14,723 nt of DNA from Vulcanimicrobiaceae bacterium (lineage in GTDB: Bacteria > Vulcanimicrobiota > Vulcanimicrobiia > Vulcanimicrobiales > Vulcanimicrobiaceae): NCBI GenBank assembly GCA_046262595.1, contig JBHEMM010000041.1, positions 4,667-19,389 of the forward strand, read 5' to 3'. Shown here in pieces: positions 1-8,121 of this stretch. The position numbers were made by a program, and so were the translations under genes. Within the stretch, counting starts at the first letter, position 1. Each line of letters begins with the position of its first letter. The notes beneath the pieces are model-generated. The model was not told the DNA's origin. It worked only from the letters and a program-made list of their open reading frames with translations, and made no database searches.

Positions 1-680
1 CTGAGGGCCAGCGAGTAGAGGGGCCAGCCGTCGCCGCGGAGCTCGCCGAGCGACGCCGGCTCGCGAACGAGCAGCGCGAGCAGGTTGCTGCGCGTGGCGG
101 TCGAGTCGTCGAGCTCGACGCCCGCGCGCGCGAGCAGCATCGCATGCAGAAAACCGAAGCCGCCGTCGCCCACGACGGCGACGAACTCGCCTTCGCGCGG
201 TGAGAGCACGTCCAGCGAGTGTACGGCGCACGCAAGCGGCTCCAAAAATGCTGCGGCAACGTACGAAAGATGCGCCGGCTTTGCAAACGCGTTGACACGC
301 ACGATGTGAGCCGGCACCTCGATGAACTGCGCGTAAGCGCCTAAGATCTTCGCGCTCATCACCGACTCGCAAAGTTCTTCCTCGCCGCGCATGCACCAAA
401 AGCACTGCAGGCAAGGCGCGGAGTGCACGCACGCGACGGGATCGCCCGCAGCGAACTGCCCGACGCCTTCGCCCACTGCGGCGACGTCGCCCGAAAACTC
501 GTGTCCGAACGGAGTGGGCATCGGCATCTGCGGATGGCCGCGCTGGTATGCTTTCAAATCCGTGCCGTCGGTGAGCGCAGCACGGACGCGCACGACGATG
601 CCTCCGGCTTGCGGCTGCGGGCAGGCCACCTCGCGCAGCTCGATGCGCTTGGGTTCGACCAAAAACGCCGACTGCATCAT
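1..680 (-). CDS. Zinc-dependent medium-chain dehydrogenase/reductase (sorbitol/threonine dehydrogenase-like), truncated at window edge
   Basis: Manual translation from ATG at 680 (ATGA overlap with the thioesterase stop): MMQSAFLVEPKRIELREV...ALTDGTDLK...PFGHEFSG...CLQCFWC...ELC...FLEPLACAVH...VVGDGGFG. It has the GHE motif, a four-Cys structural zinc loop, EP and GxGxxG. No stop before position 1. The last ~38 codons do not look MDR-like (see findings). Confidence 0.9.
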   Translation of the reverse strand, partial: MMQSAFLVEPKRIELREVACPQPQAGGIVVRVRAALTDGTDLKAYQRGHPQMPMPTPFGHEFSGDVAAVGEGVGQFAAGDPVACVHSAPCLQCFWCMRGEEELCESVMSAKILGAYAQFIEVPAHIVRVNAFAKPAHLSYVAAAFLEPLACAVHSLDVLSPREGEFVAVVGDGGFGFLHAMLLARAGVELDDSTATRSNLLALLVREPASLGELRGDGWPLYSLAL

Positions 681-1123
681 GCTGAAGCGGCGAGCAGCGC
701 GGCGCGGACCGGCGGCGGCAGCGGGCGGCTTTTCTGCGTGCGCCGGTCCATGCAGGCAACGACCAAATGAAAAGCCGCGCCGATCTCGCCCGTACGTTCG
801 TTGTGCACCAGCGTCTGCCACTTGACCGACGATCCGCCGACGTGGCGGATATGCGTTTTGAGCACGAGCCAATCGCCCATCAGCGCGGGCTTATGGTAAT
901 CCGCCTCGACGTGGACGCGCGGGAGCCAAATATCGTATGCCTCGAAAACCGTGCTATACGGAAAGCCTAGTTCGCCGAAGAAATCCATTTCGGCGCGTTC
1001 CACCGCGCGCTGGTACGCGGCGAAATACATGATTCCGGCGATGTCGATATCCGCCCACTGCACCATCACGCGAGTGGTGAAGACGCGCGCGCCCGGCGGT
1101 GTGGTGTCTTTAAATTTTGGCAT
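677..1123 (-). CDS. Hotdog-fold acyl-CoA thioesterase (YbgC/4HBT family)
   Basis: 148 aa with the VQWADIDIAGIMYFAAY motif, YHKPALMGD and C-terminal SRPLP, typical of YbgC/FadM-like thioesterases. Confidence 0.9.
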   Translation of the reverse strand: MPKFKDTTPPGARVFTTRVMVQWADIDIAGIMYFAAYQRAVERAEMDFFGELGFPYSTVFEAYDIWLPRVHVEADYHKPALMGDWLVLKTHIRHVGGSSVKWQTLVHNERTGEIGAAFHLVVACMDRRTQKSRPLPPPVRAALLAASA

Positions 1124-1691
1124 AACGCGCGATCGGGTCGGCCTCCAAATTCACGCGGTCGCCCTCGTGCCGCGCGCCCAGCGTCGTGCGCGCGAGCGTC
1201 TGCGGAATCAACGCGATCTCGAAAAACTCTTCATCGGCAAGCGCGATGGTGACGCTCACGCCATCTACGCTGATGAAGCCCTTCTCGCAAACGAAGCGGC
1301 GCAGCTTTTCCGGTGTTTCGATGCGCATGCGCAAACCTTGGCCTTCCGGTAAGAGCGCGAGCACCGTTGAAGCGGCGTCGACGTGCCCGTAAACGAAGTG
1401 CCCGCCCATGCGATCGCCCACGCGAAGCGAATATTCGACGTTCACCCGATCTCCCTCGCGCAGCGCGCCCAGCGTCGAGCACTGCAGCGTTTCCGGAACC
1501 ACGTCGAACGCGACGCTGTTGTGGTCCACAGCCGTTGCCGTCAAACACACGCCGTTGACCGCGATCGAATCCTTCGGCTCCGTCTCTTCATCAGAAGCTC
1601 CTTCGCATCGAATGCGCAGATGCATACCGCCCGTGGAAAAGAGTGTTGCTTCTTCCACCGTTCCGCGATAGCCGATAAGACCGCTAAACAC
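1110..1691 (-). CDS. ribE: Riboflavin synthase (alpha chain)
   Basis: GTG start; N-terminal MFSGLI (MF[TS]G signature), DSIAVNGVCLT, GGHFVYGHVD, KGFISVDGVSVT, VNLEAD; two internal repeats; follows ribD with an 8-nt overlap. Confidence 0.97.
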   Translation of the reverse strand: MFSGLIGYRGTVEEATLFSTGGMHLRIRCEGASDEETEPKDSIAVNGVCLTATAVDHNSVAFDVVPETLQCSTLGALREGDRVNVEYSLRVGDRMGGHFVYGHVDAASTVLALLPEGQGLRMRIETPEKLRRFVCEKGFISVDGVSVTIALADEEFFEIALIPQTLARTTLGARHEGDRVNLEADPIARYAKI

Positions 1692-2778
1692 GCTCGAACA
1701 TTCCCGTCATCATCATGTCGCCGCCGAGCCTTTCGACGGACGTCACACGCAGGCCCCGCGTCTCTGCGAGCGTACCGCCGCTCACCACCGGAACGGCATG
1801 AGGCGAGTGCAAAAAGCGCGGCGCAATCAGCCAAACGAGGCGATCGACCAAGCCCAGGCGCAAGAAGCTGCCCGCGAGTGCCGGCCCGCCCTCGCAGAGC
1901 AGACTCATAATGCCGCGTGCGTAAAGCGCGTCCAAGGCGAGGTTCAAGTCAAGCTGCGGCGTTTCGCCCACGAAGAGCACATCCGCGGCTGGGCCGAGTG
2001 TGTCGACGGTTTTACGATTTGCACCGGATGCAAGAACGATCGTTTTCGCGTAACCGGGCTGTTCTGCGAAAATGCGCCGATCGCGCTGCGGAGGTTCGGT
2101 CCCGCAGAAAACAACGCGCGCATACGGAACGGCTCGCCGGCGCGCCGGCCGCACGGTCAGCTGCGGATCGTCGGCTTGCACCGTCCCGGCGCCAATGCCC
2201 GCGGCGTCGTGTTCGATACGCAGCTCGCGCACGAACGCGCGCGCCTCTTCGCCCGTTAGCCAGGTCTGCACGCCCGGCCCCGCGGCGGCAAACCCGTCGA
2301 GCGACATCGCCATCTTCAGCGTGACGAAGGGACGCTGCGACTGTATCGCGCGCGCGAACGGCGCTATGAGATCGCGCGCTTGCGGATCGTGCGCGTCTTG
2401 CGCGGCGACGCCGTGCTCGCGCAGATACGCGAACCCGGCGCCCGCGGTGCGCGGATCGGGATCGCGCGTGCCTGCAACAACGCGCGTTATGTCCGCTTGC
2501 GCGAGCGCATGCGTGCACGGTGGCGTGCGGCCGTGATGATTGCACGGCTCGAGCGAGACATAGAGAACGGCGCCGCGCGCGCGTTCGCCGGCGGCGGCTA
2601 GCGCAAGCACTTCCGCATGCGCCTCGCCCGCGCGATGGTGGTAACCCTCGCCGACAATCCGGCCATCGGCAACGACGACGGCGCCGACGGGGGGATTCGG
2701 CGAGATGTTGCCCAACGCGCGGCGCGCGAGCGCGTAGGTTCGTTCCAGATACACACGATCGGCCGGCGCGAGGCTCAT
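1684..2778 (-). CDS. ribD: Bifunctional diaminohydroxyphosphoribosylaminopyrimidine deaminase / reductase RibD
   Basis: PNPPVGAVVV, HAE, SLEPCNHHGRTPPC (zinc deaminase); KMAMSLDG, DDPQLTVR, EGGP (reductase). Start re-placed at ATG 2778 (MSLAPAD..., 364 aa), 2 nt after the comF stop, rather than 2850. Confidence 0.97.
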   Translation of the reverse strand: MSLAPADRVYLERTYALARRALGNISPNPPVGAVVVADGRIVGEGYHHRAGEAHAEVLALAAAGERARGAVLYVSLEPCNHHGRTPPCTHALAQADITRVVAGTRDPDPRTAGAGFAYLREHGVAAQDAHDPQARDLIAPFARAIQSQRPFVTLKMAMSLDGFAAAGPGVQTWLTGEEARAFVRELRIEHDAAGIGAGTVQADDPQLTVRPARRRAVPYARVVFCGTEPPQRDRRIFAEQPGYAKTIVLASGANRKTVDTLGPAADVLFVGETPQLDLNLALDALYARGIMSLLCEGGPALAGSFLRLGLVDRLVWLIAPRFLHSPHAVPVVSGGTLAETRGLRVTSVERLGGDMMMTGMFERV

Positions 2779-2780
2779 CG

Positions 2781-3380
2781 TTAAGCTGTGAGCGCCAATG
2801 CAACCGCGCGCGAAACGGCGCCGCCGGCATCGCGTACGGCGCGCGCGCAATCTTCCAGGGTCGCGCCGGTGGTCACTACATCGTCAAGCAGCACGATACT
2901 CATGCCGTTGAGCGGTTCGCCGTGCCAGAGGAATCGCCCGCGTGCGGCCAGACGCTGAACGCGCGAACGGCCGCGTTGGCGATCGCCCCGCACTTGTCGC
3001 AGGTGCGGCAAGACGATGGAGCCGTTCCAGGCTGCCGCAACGTTCGCCATGAGCACGCAGCCGTCGAACCCGCGCTCGCGTCTGCGTGCGGCGGTCGTCG
3101 GCACAGGCACGACGGGGCAACGCTCTTGAAGCATATCCGCCAGCCGCAGCGCTGCGGCCCGTGCCACGTCGCGGCGCCCGCTTTTGAGTGCCAGCACGGC
3201 GCGCCGTAAAGGCCCTTCGTACAGCCCCGCTGCGCTCACGGTGATCGTTTCGAGCCGGCGCACGAAGGCTGCGCACGGCGGCGCGCATTCCTCGCAAAGA
3301 CCCCAGCCTGGGCGCGCGCACCCGCCGCACTGCGGCGGAAAGAGATACTCGAGAACTGCCTGCAGATTCATGCGCGTCAT
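2781..3380 (-). CDS. comF: ComF family protein (zinc ribbon plus phosphoribosyltransferase-like domain)
   Basis: LFPPQCGGC...LCEEC zinc ribbon, VPVP...RERGF, PRPP-binding loop LLDDVVTTGAT. Start is ATG 3380 or 3371. Confidence 0.92.
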   Translation of the reverse strand: MTRMNLQAVLEYLFPPQCGGCARPGWGLCEECAPPCAAFVRRLETITVSAAGLYEGPLRRAVLALKSGRRDVARAAALRLADMLQERCPVVPVPTTAARRRERGFDGCVLMANVAAAWNGSIVLPHLRQVRGDRQRGRSRVQRLAARGRFLWHGEPLNGMSIVLLDDVVTTGATLEDCARAVRDAGGAVSRAVALALTA

Positions 3381-3414
3381 TCACGACGCGGGGCGCCGTA
3401 TCTATGCGGGCTCT

Positions 3415-4392
3415 CTAGGCCTCGTTGGCTACGATCGTATCTTCGATCGTCGTTGACGCCCCGACGCGATAGTTCATGCCGACAATCGCGTTGCGCACGA
3501 CCGCGCCGGCGCCGATGAGCGAGCCCTGCCAGATGATCGAATGCTCGATGCGCGCGCCGGCTTGCACTTCAACGCCCTCGCCGACAACACTCGGCCCCAG
3601 AATGGCTGCAGACTTCGCGACCGACGCGCCCGCACCGATCCAGACGTTGCCGTTCGGCGCGCGGCGGCCCGGGATCGTGAAGATGCCGTTCAACACGTCG
3701 TCGGTGGCGCGGCGGTATTCGTCCGGCGTGCCGATATCGCACCAGTACGCGCCGCGCGCGTCAAAACCGTAGAATGCTTCGCCGGCTTGCTGCAACGCCG
3801 GAAACACGTTCTTGCCGAAGTCGTAGAACTCGCCCTTCGGAATGTGATCGAAGATCTGCGGCGAGAATGCATAGATGCCCGTGTTTACAAAGTTGCTCAG
3901 CTCGGTGCCCCTCGGGGGCTTCTCCTGGAAGCCCGTAATTTTGCCTGTTTCGTCGGTGACGACAACGCCGTATTGAGCGACGTCTTCCCGTTCCACCAGA
4001 CCGATCGTCGCAACGGCATGTTTCTCGGCATGAAACGCGAGGAGCGCATCGAGCCGCAAGTCCGTCAAATCGTCGCAGCCTACCACCACGAACGGCTCGC
4101 CGCTGAAAAACCACTTCATCTGTTCGACGGCACCCGCGCTTCCGAGCAATTCTTTTTCGTGCAGATATTCGATGCGCACGCCGAATGCCGAGCCGTCCCC
4201 GAGCGCCTGCACGATCGCACCGGAAAGATAATGCACGTTGATCGCGATTTCGCCGAATCCGTACTGCTTGAGATACCGGATCAAATGCGCGGCGTTCGGC
4301 TCACCCAAAACCGGGACGAGGGGCTTAGGGACTTGCTTGGTCAGCGGGTACAAGCGGGTACTTAACCCGCCTGCTAAAATCATGGCGCGCAT
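3415..4392 (-). CDS. NDP-sugar synthase (sugar-1-phosphate nucleotidyltransferase, M1P-guanylyltransferase/CugP-like) with hexapeptide-repeat tail
   Basis: ILAGGLSTRLYPLT...PKPLVPV, LGSAGA, FQEKP, NTGIY, YWCDIGT, C-terminal left-handed beta-helix repeats. Confidence 0.92.
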   Translation of the reverse strand: MRAMILAGGLSTRLYPLTKQVPKPLVPVLGEPNAAHLIRYLKQYGFGEIAINVHYLSGAIVQALGDGSAFGVRIEYLHEKELLGSAGAVEQMKWFFSGEPFVVVGCDDLTDLRLDALLAFHAEKHAVATIGLVEREDVAQYGVVVTDETGKITGFQEKPPRGTELSNFVNTGIYAFSPQIFDHIPKGEFYDFGKNVFPALQQAGEAFYGFDARGAYWCDIGTPDEYRRATDDVLNGIFTIPGRRAPNGNVWIGAGASVAKSAAILGPSVVGEGVEVQAGARIEHSIIWQGSLIGAGAVVRNAIVGMNYRVGASTTIEDTIVANEA

Positions 4393-4395
4393 GCG

Positions 4396-5142
4396 CTACG
4401 CTTTACCCCGGCCAAGCAGAATCCGCACCTGCTCGTTTCCCGCGAGCAGCACGAAATACGGCAGCGCCAGCTGCCGGCGCCAGCGCTTGGGTTCGCGCAG
4501 CAGCCGGTAAAGCCACTCGAGATGCATCCGCCGCCAAAGCTGCGGAGCACGCTCCAGTTTCCCGCTAATGACGTCGAACGACCCGCCGACGCCGATCCCC
4601 GCGCCGCAGTGCGTCTGTGGGAGCCACTGTGCAAGCCAGAACTCTTGCTTTGGGAATCCGAGCCCAGCGAACAACACGTGCGCGCCGCTCGCGCGAACCT
4701 CTGCCGCAACCTGCGCGGAAGCACTCTCGGGGAAATATCCATCGCGCGCACCGGCGACAAGCAGGCCCGGATAGCGGCGCTGCAGTTGCGAGGCGGCTTG
4801 CTGCGCGATGCCGGGCGAACCGCCGAGCAAATAGACGCTGACGCCGTCGCGGGCTGCCGTTGCACAAAAATGTTCGATCAGATCGACGCCGGTGACACGT
4901 TCGCGAAGCGGCGCGCCGCGCGCACGCGCGACGGCAAGCAAACCGGCCGTATCGCACAACGAAAGCGCGCTGGCATTGATCAGCTCCCGGTAGCGCACAT
5001 CGCGCTGCGCGTACACGACCATTTCGGTTCCGAGCGTCACGATCTGCGCACCCCGCTGCGCCTTTGCAAAACCGAGCACGGCTTGCGTTGCGGCATCGGC
5101 GTCGAGCGCGTCGAGCTTACACCCCAGAATGCGCAGCGTCAC
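4396..5142 (-). CDS. WecG/TagA/CpsF family glycosyltransferase (GT26)
   Basis: RERVTGVDL, VYLLGG, DGYF, GLGFPKQEFW, GVGGSFD, RAP, LEWLYRLLREPKRWRRQ. Likely start GTG 5142 (MTLRILG..., 248 aa), overlapping the end of dapA by 26 nt. Confidence 0.94.
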   Translation of the reverse strand: MTLRILGCKLDALDADAATQAVLGFAKAQRGAQIVTLGTEMVVYAQRDVRYRELINASALSLCDTAGLLAVARARGAPLRERVTGVDLIEHFCATAARDGVSVYLLGGSPGIAQQAASQLQRRYPGLLVAGARDGYFPESASAQVAAEVRASGAHVLFAGLGFPKQEFWLAQWLPQTHCGAGIGVGGSFDVISGKLERAPQLWRRMHLEWLYRLLREPKRWRRQLALPYFVLLAGNEQVRILLGRGKA

Positions 5143-6013
5143 GGTACCGTTGCAACATCGGGCGCAGCGCGCCCGAAACATCCCCAGGGATCGCATCGAG
5201 CGGTAAGCGGCACTCACCCGCCGCAAAGCCGAGCTGTCGCATCGCCCACTTCACGCCTATCGGATTAGTCGCGGCGAACAGCGTACGAATCAATGGAAGC
5301 AGTGAGAGATGAATGCGTGCGGCTTCTGGCGCGTCGCCCGATTCATGAGCGCGGATCATCGCGGCGTATTCGAGCGAGCATAAGTGCGATGCGACGCCGA
5401 CCACGCCGTCCGCACCCATCGCTAAGCACGGTAAGAACAAATGATCGTCACCGGCAAAAACGAGAAACCCCTGGTCGCGGCCCGCAAGCACCGTGCCGAT
5501 CTGCATGAGGTCTCCGCTGGATTCTTTGACGCCCGCAATATTGGCATGCCGGCGCGCCAGCTCGAACAGCGTCTCGGGCAGCATATTCGCCGCGGTCCGG
5601 CCGGGGATGTTGTAGATGATGACCGGCAAATCCGTTGCCTGGGCGATTGCGCCGAAGTGCGCCAGCATGCCGCTCTGCGCGGGCTTGTTGTAGTAGGGAA
5701 CGACTGCGAGAATCGCGTCGGCGCCGGCGCGCTGCGCGGCCGTCACGCTGCGCACGGAGTCCCGCGTATCGTTGCTGCCCGCATTCGCAACGACCGTGCG
5801 CGCGCCCGCCGCTTCCTTCACCGCTGCGAACAACCGCTCGCGCTCGTGCGCCGTGAGCGTCTGCCCTTCGCCGGTGGAACCGGCCACGACCAAGGCGGTG
5901 TTTCCGCGCGAAAACAGCCACGCGGCAATGCGGGCGGCTTCGCGCTCGTCGACATCGCCCCGCTCGTCAAACGGCGTGATCATGGCGGTAACAATCTTGC
6001 CGAACTGCGTCAT
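5117..6013 (-). CDS. dapA: 4-hydroxy-tetrahydrodipicolinate synthase
   Basis: TAMITPF, GSTGE, PYYNKP, YNIPGRT, Schiff-base Lys in GVKES, GDD, NPIGVK, RLPL; follows aspartate kinase with an ATGA overlap. Confidence 0.97.
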   Translation of the reverse strand: MTQFGKIVTAMITPFDERGDVDEREAARIAAWLFSRGNTALVVAGSTGEGQTLTAHERERLFAAVKEAAGARTVVANAGSNDTRDSVRSVTAAQRAGADAILAVVPYYNKPAQSGMLAHFGAIAQATDLPVIIYNIPGRTAANMLPETLFELARRHANIAGVKESSGDLMQIGTVLAGRDQGFLVFAGDDHLFLPCLAMGADGVVGVASHLCSLEYAAMIRAHESGDAPEAARIHLSLLPLIRTLFAATNPIGVKWAMRQLGFAAGECRLPLDAIPGDVSGALRPMLQRYRDAAHSGV

Positions 6014-7218
6014 GAGCGCACCTTCTCTTCCAAATGAAACTGGTCGTGAACGGCTTGTTCGGCGCGCTGCGCGTCAGCCGAGGGAACCAGCACGGAAACC
6101 GTGATATTGCTGTCGGTGCAATGAATAATCTCCACGCCGGCGGTTGAAAGCGCTCGAACGATGCGCTGAATCACGCCCGGCGTGTAACGCATTGCCGCGC
6201 CTACCACCGAAAGCTTCGAGCAGCCCTCACGCACGCGCACCGCAAGATTTAAATCGCCGAGCAGCGCCCGGATATCGGCGCCGCGATCGCCTTCGACGAC
6301 GAACATGACGCCCGCCTGATTGATCGTCACCTGATCGATCGAGATGCCGGCGTCCGCGATGCGCACGAACATTTGCAGCTCGACCTGCATGCGCCGCTGC
6401 GCATCTTCAATATCGCCGCGGATGACGCGAATCCACGTGACGCGTCCCGACGCCGTGACGCCGGTAACCGGGCGTTCGGGCTGGAACGACTCGTCGACAA
6501 GGGTGCCGGTGCCGGTCCGCAGGCCCTTTATCGAATACGGCGTCGCCGTGCGCTGTGCGAAATCGGCGGCTTTGAAATGCATCACCTTTGCACCGTGCTG
6601 TGCGAGCTCGGTCATCTCTTCGGGCGTTGCGCGCGCGATCGTATGCGCGCCTTCGATGCGCCTTGGGTCGCCCGTCATGGCACCGCTGACATCGGTGTAA
6701 ATGTCCACGCGTTTTGCGCCGAGCGCGTGTCCGAGCGCAATCGCGGTTAAATCCGTGCCGCCGCGCCCGAGCGTCGTGACTTCTCCCGTCTCGGTCGCGC
6801 CCTGAAAGCCGGCAACGACCGGTACGGCGCCCGCCTCGAGCGCTGCAAGCACGCGCGAAGGCTCGATGCGCAGAATCTTCGCGTCGCCGTGCGCGCCGTT
6901 CGTAACGATGCCGGCCTGCGCGCCCGTGAGGACGATCGCCGGCACGCGTAGCCGCTCCAGTTCGCTTGCAAAGACACCGGCCGCGATGATCTCACCGCAC
7001 GCTAGAAGCAGATCGTTCGTGCGCGAGAACACATTGCAGCCGGCAAGCGCGAGCAGCGAATCCGTCGCATACGGCTCCGGCGGGCGGCCCATCGCAGAAA
7101 CGACGGCAACCGGCGCGAAGCCGGCTTCGCGTTCGTCTTGCAGACGCCCAGCAGCGAGCGCGCGGTGTTCGGCGTTCGCGACGGACGTGCCGCCGAACTT
7201 CAATACCGCGATCTTCAT
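6010..7218 (-). CDS. dapG: Aspartate kinase, DapG (aspartokinase I)-like, with two ACT domains
   Basis: KFGGTSV, VVSAMGR..EPYATDSLL (DapG-type), VAGFQG, TTLGRGGTD, YTDV.G..T.DPR, GAKVMH; lies between asd and dapA as in the Bacillus dap operon. Confidence 0.93.
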   Translation of the reverse strand: MKIAVLKFGGTSVANAEHRALAAGRLQDEREAGFAPVAVVSAMGRPPEPYATDSLLALAGCNVFSRTNDLLLACGEIIAAGVFASELERLRVPAIVLTGAQAGIVTNGAHGDAKILRIEPSRVLAALEAGAVPVVAGFQGATETGEVTTLGRGGTDLTAIALGHALGAKRVDIYTDVSGAMTGDPRRIEGAHTIARATPEEMTELAQHGAKVMHFKAADFAQRTATPYSIKGLRTGTGTLVDESFQPERPVTGVTASGRVTWIRVIRGDIEDAQRRMQVELQMFVRIADAGISIDQVTINQAGVMFVVEGDRGADIRALLGDLNLAVRVREGCSKLSVVGAAMRYTPGVIQRIVRALSTAGVEIIHCTDSNITVSVLVPSADAQRAEQAVHDQFHLEEKVRS

Positions 7219-8120
7219 GAACGGCGCCGCATGAGGAGCTCCAAGATCTGTACCGCGTTCGTTGCCGCGCCTTTACGCAGCTGATCGCCGCAAATCCACA
7301 TTTGAAAGTGGTTGGGGCGCTCGCATGCCCGCAGCCGGGCGACGTGCACCTCGTCCGTGCCCTCGACCTCGCGCGGCGTGACGATGCCGTCACGATGAAA
7401 CACGACGCCGGGCGCGCGTTCGAACGCTTCGCTGAGCTCACGAACGCCCGCCGGGCGCGCGGTTTCAAAAAAGACCGCTTCGGAATGCGCCGTACGTACC
7501 GGCACGCGCGCGCACGTTATCTCGATTGAGAGCTGCGGCAATTCCAAAATCTTGCGCGTTTCGTCGCGCACTTTAGCTTCTTCGCCGGTCGATCCGCCCT
7601 CACCGAACGAACCGATCTGCGGCACGACATTGCGCACGGCGGCGCCTTCCCCGCGATCGAACTCCTGGAGGGCAACGCGTCCCGCTCCGCTGATGGCTTG
7701 ATACGTTGCCACCTGCGCGCTGCGTAGGCCCGCGGCATCGCGCACCGGCGCAAGCGCCAGGCACAGAATGATGGCGGTGCAGTTCGCAACCGGGAAAAGC
7801 AAGTCGTCCGCGCGCATGACGTGCGCGTTGACCTCCGGAACGATGAGCGGCACGCCATCGCGCATGCGAAACGTCGAACTGTTATCAATGACGATGCCGC
7901 CGCGCCGCACAATAGCGGGCGCCAGCGCTTCGCTCGCGTCTTCACTGCCGGCAAAGAAGACGGCGCCGAACGCAGCAAGGGCGCCCTCATTTGCCGCCTG
8001 CACGTCATCACGCGCGCGTGAGGCGAACTTGCCGGCATCGCTGCCGTGACCGCGCTCGCGAAGAACGCGCAGGATCGTTTCGCCCACGACGCCGGTTGCG
8101 CCCACAACGGCAACGCGCAT
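7215..8120 (-). CDS. asd: Aspartate-semialdehyde dehydrogenase (compact form)
   Basis: VVGATGVVG, IDNSSTFRM, PLIVPEVN, catalytic Cys in ANCT, TYQAISGAG, ETRKIL, RVPV..HSE, LRKGAATNAVQI. Confidence 0.96.
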   Translation of the reverse strand: MRVAVVGATGVVGETILRVLRERGHGSDAGKFASRARDDVQAANEGALAAFGAVFFAGSEDASEALAPAIVRRGGIVIDNSSTFRMRDGVPLIVPEVNAHVMRADDLLFPVANCTAIILCLALAPVRDAAGLRSAQVATYQAISGAGRVALQEFDRGEGAAVRNVVPQIGSFGEGGSTGEEAKVRDETRKILELPQLSIEITCARVPVRTAHSEAVFFETARPAGVRELSEAFERAPGVVFHRDGIVTPREVEGTDEVHVARLRACERPNHFQMWICGDQLRKGAATNAVQILELLMRRRS

Positions 8121-8121
8121 G

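Noticed and set aside
2779..2850. Extended N-terminus of RibD in the ORF track (similarly 5143-5226 for the GT26 and 14518-14556 for the NDP-sugar synthase)
   Set aside because: These extensions are unconserved and lie inside upstream genes or upstream of a clear RBS; downstream starts fit family N-termini better.
6440..6510. Internal start for an aspartate kinase beta subunit (alpha2beta2 type)
   Set aside because: No ATG or SD at the expected position before PVTGV.
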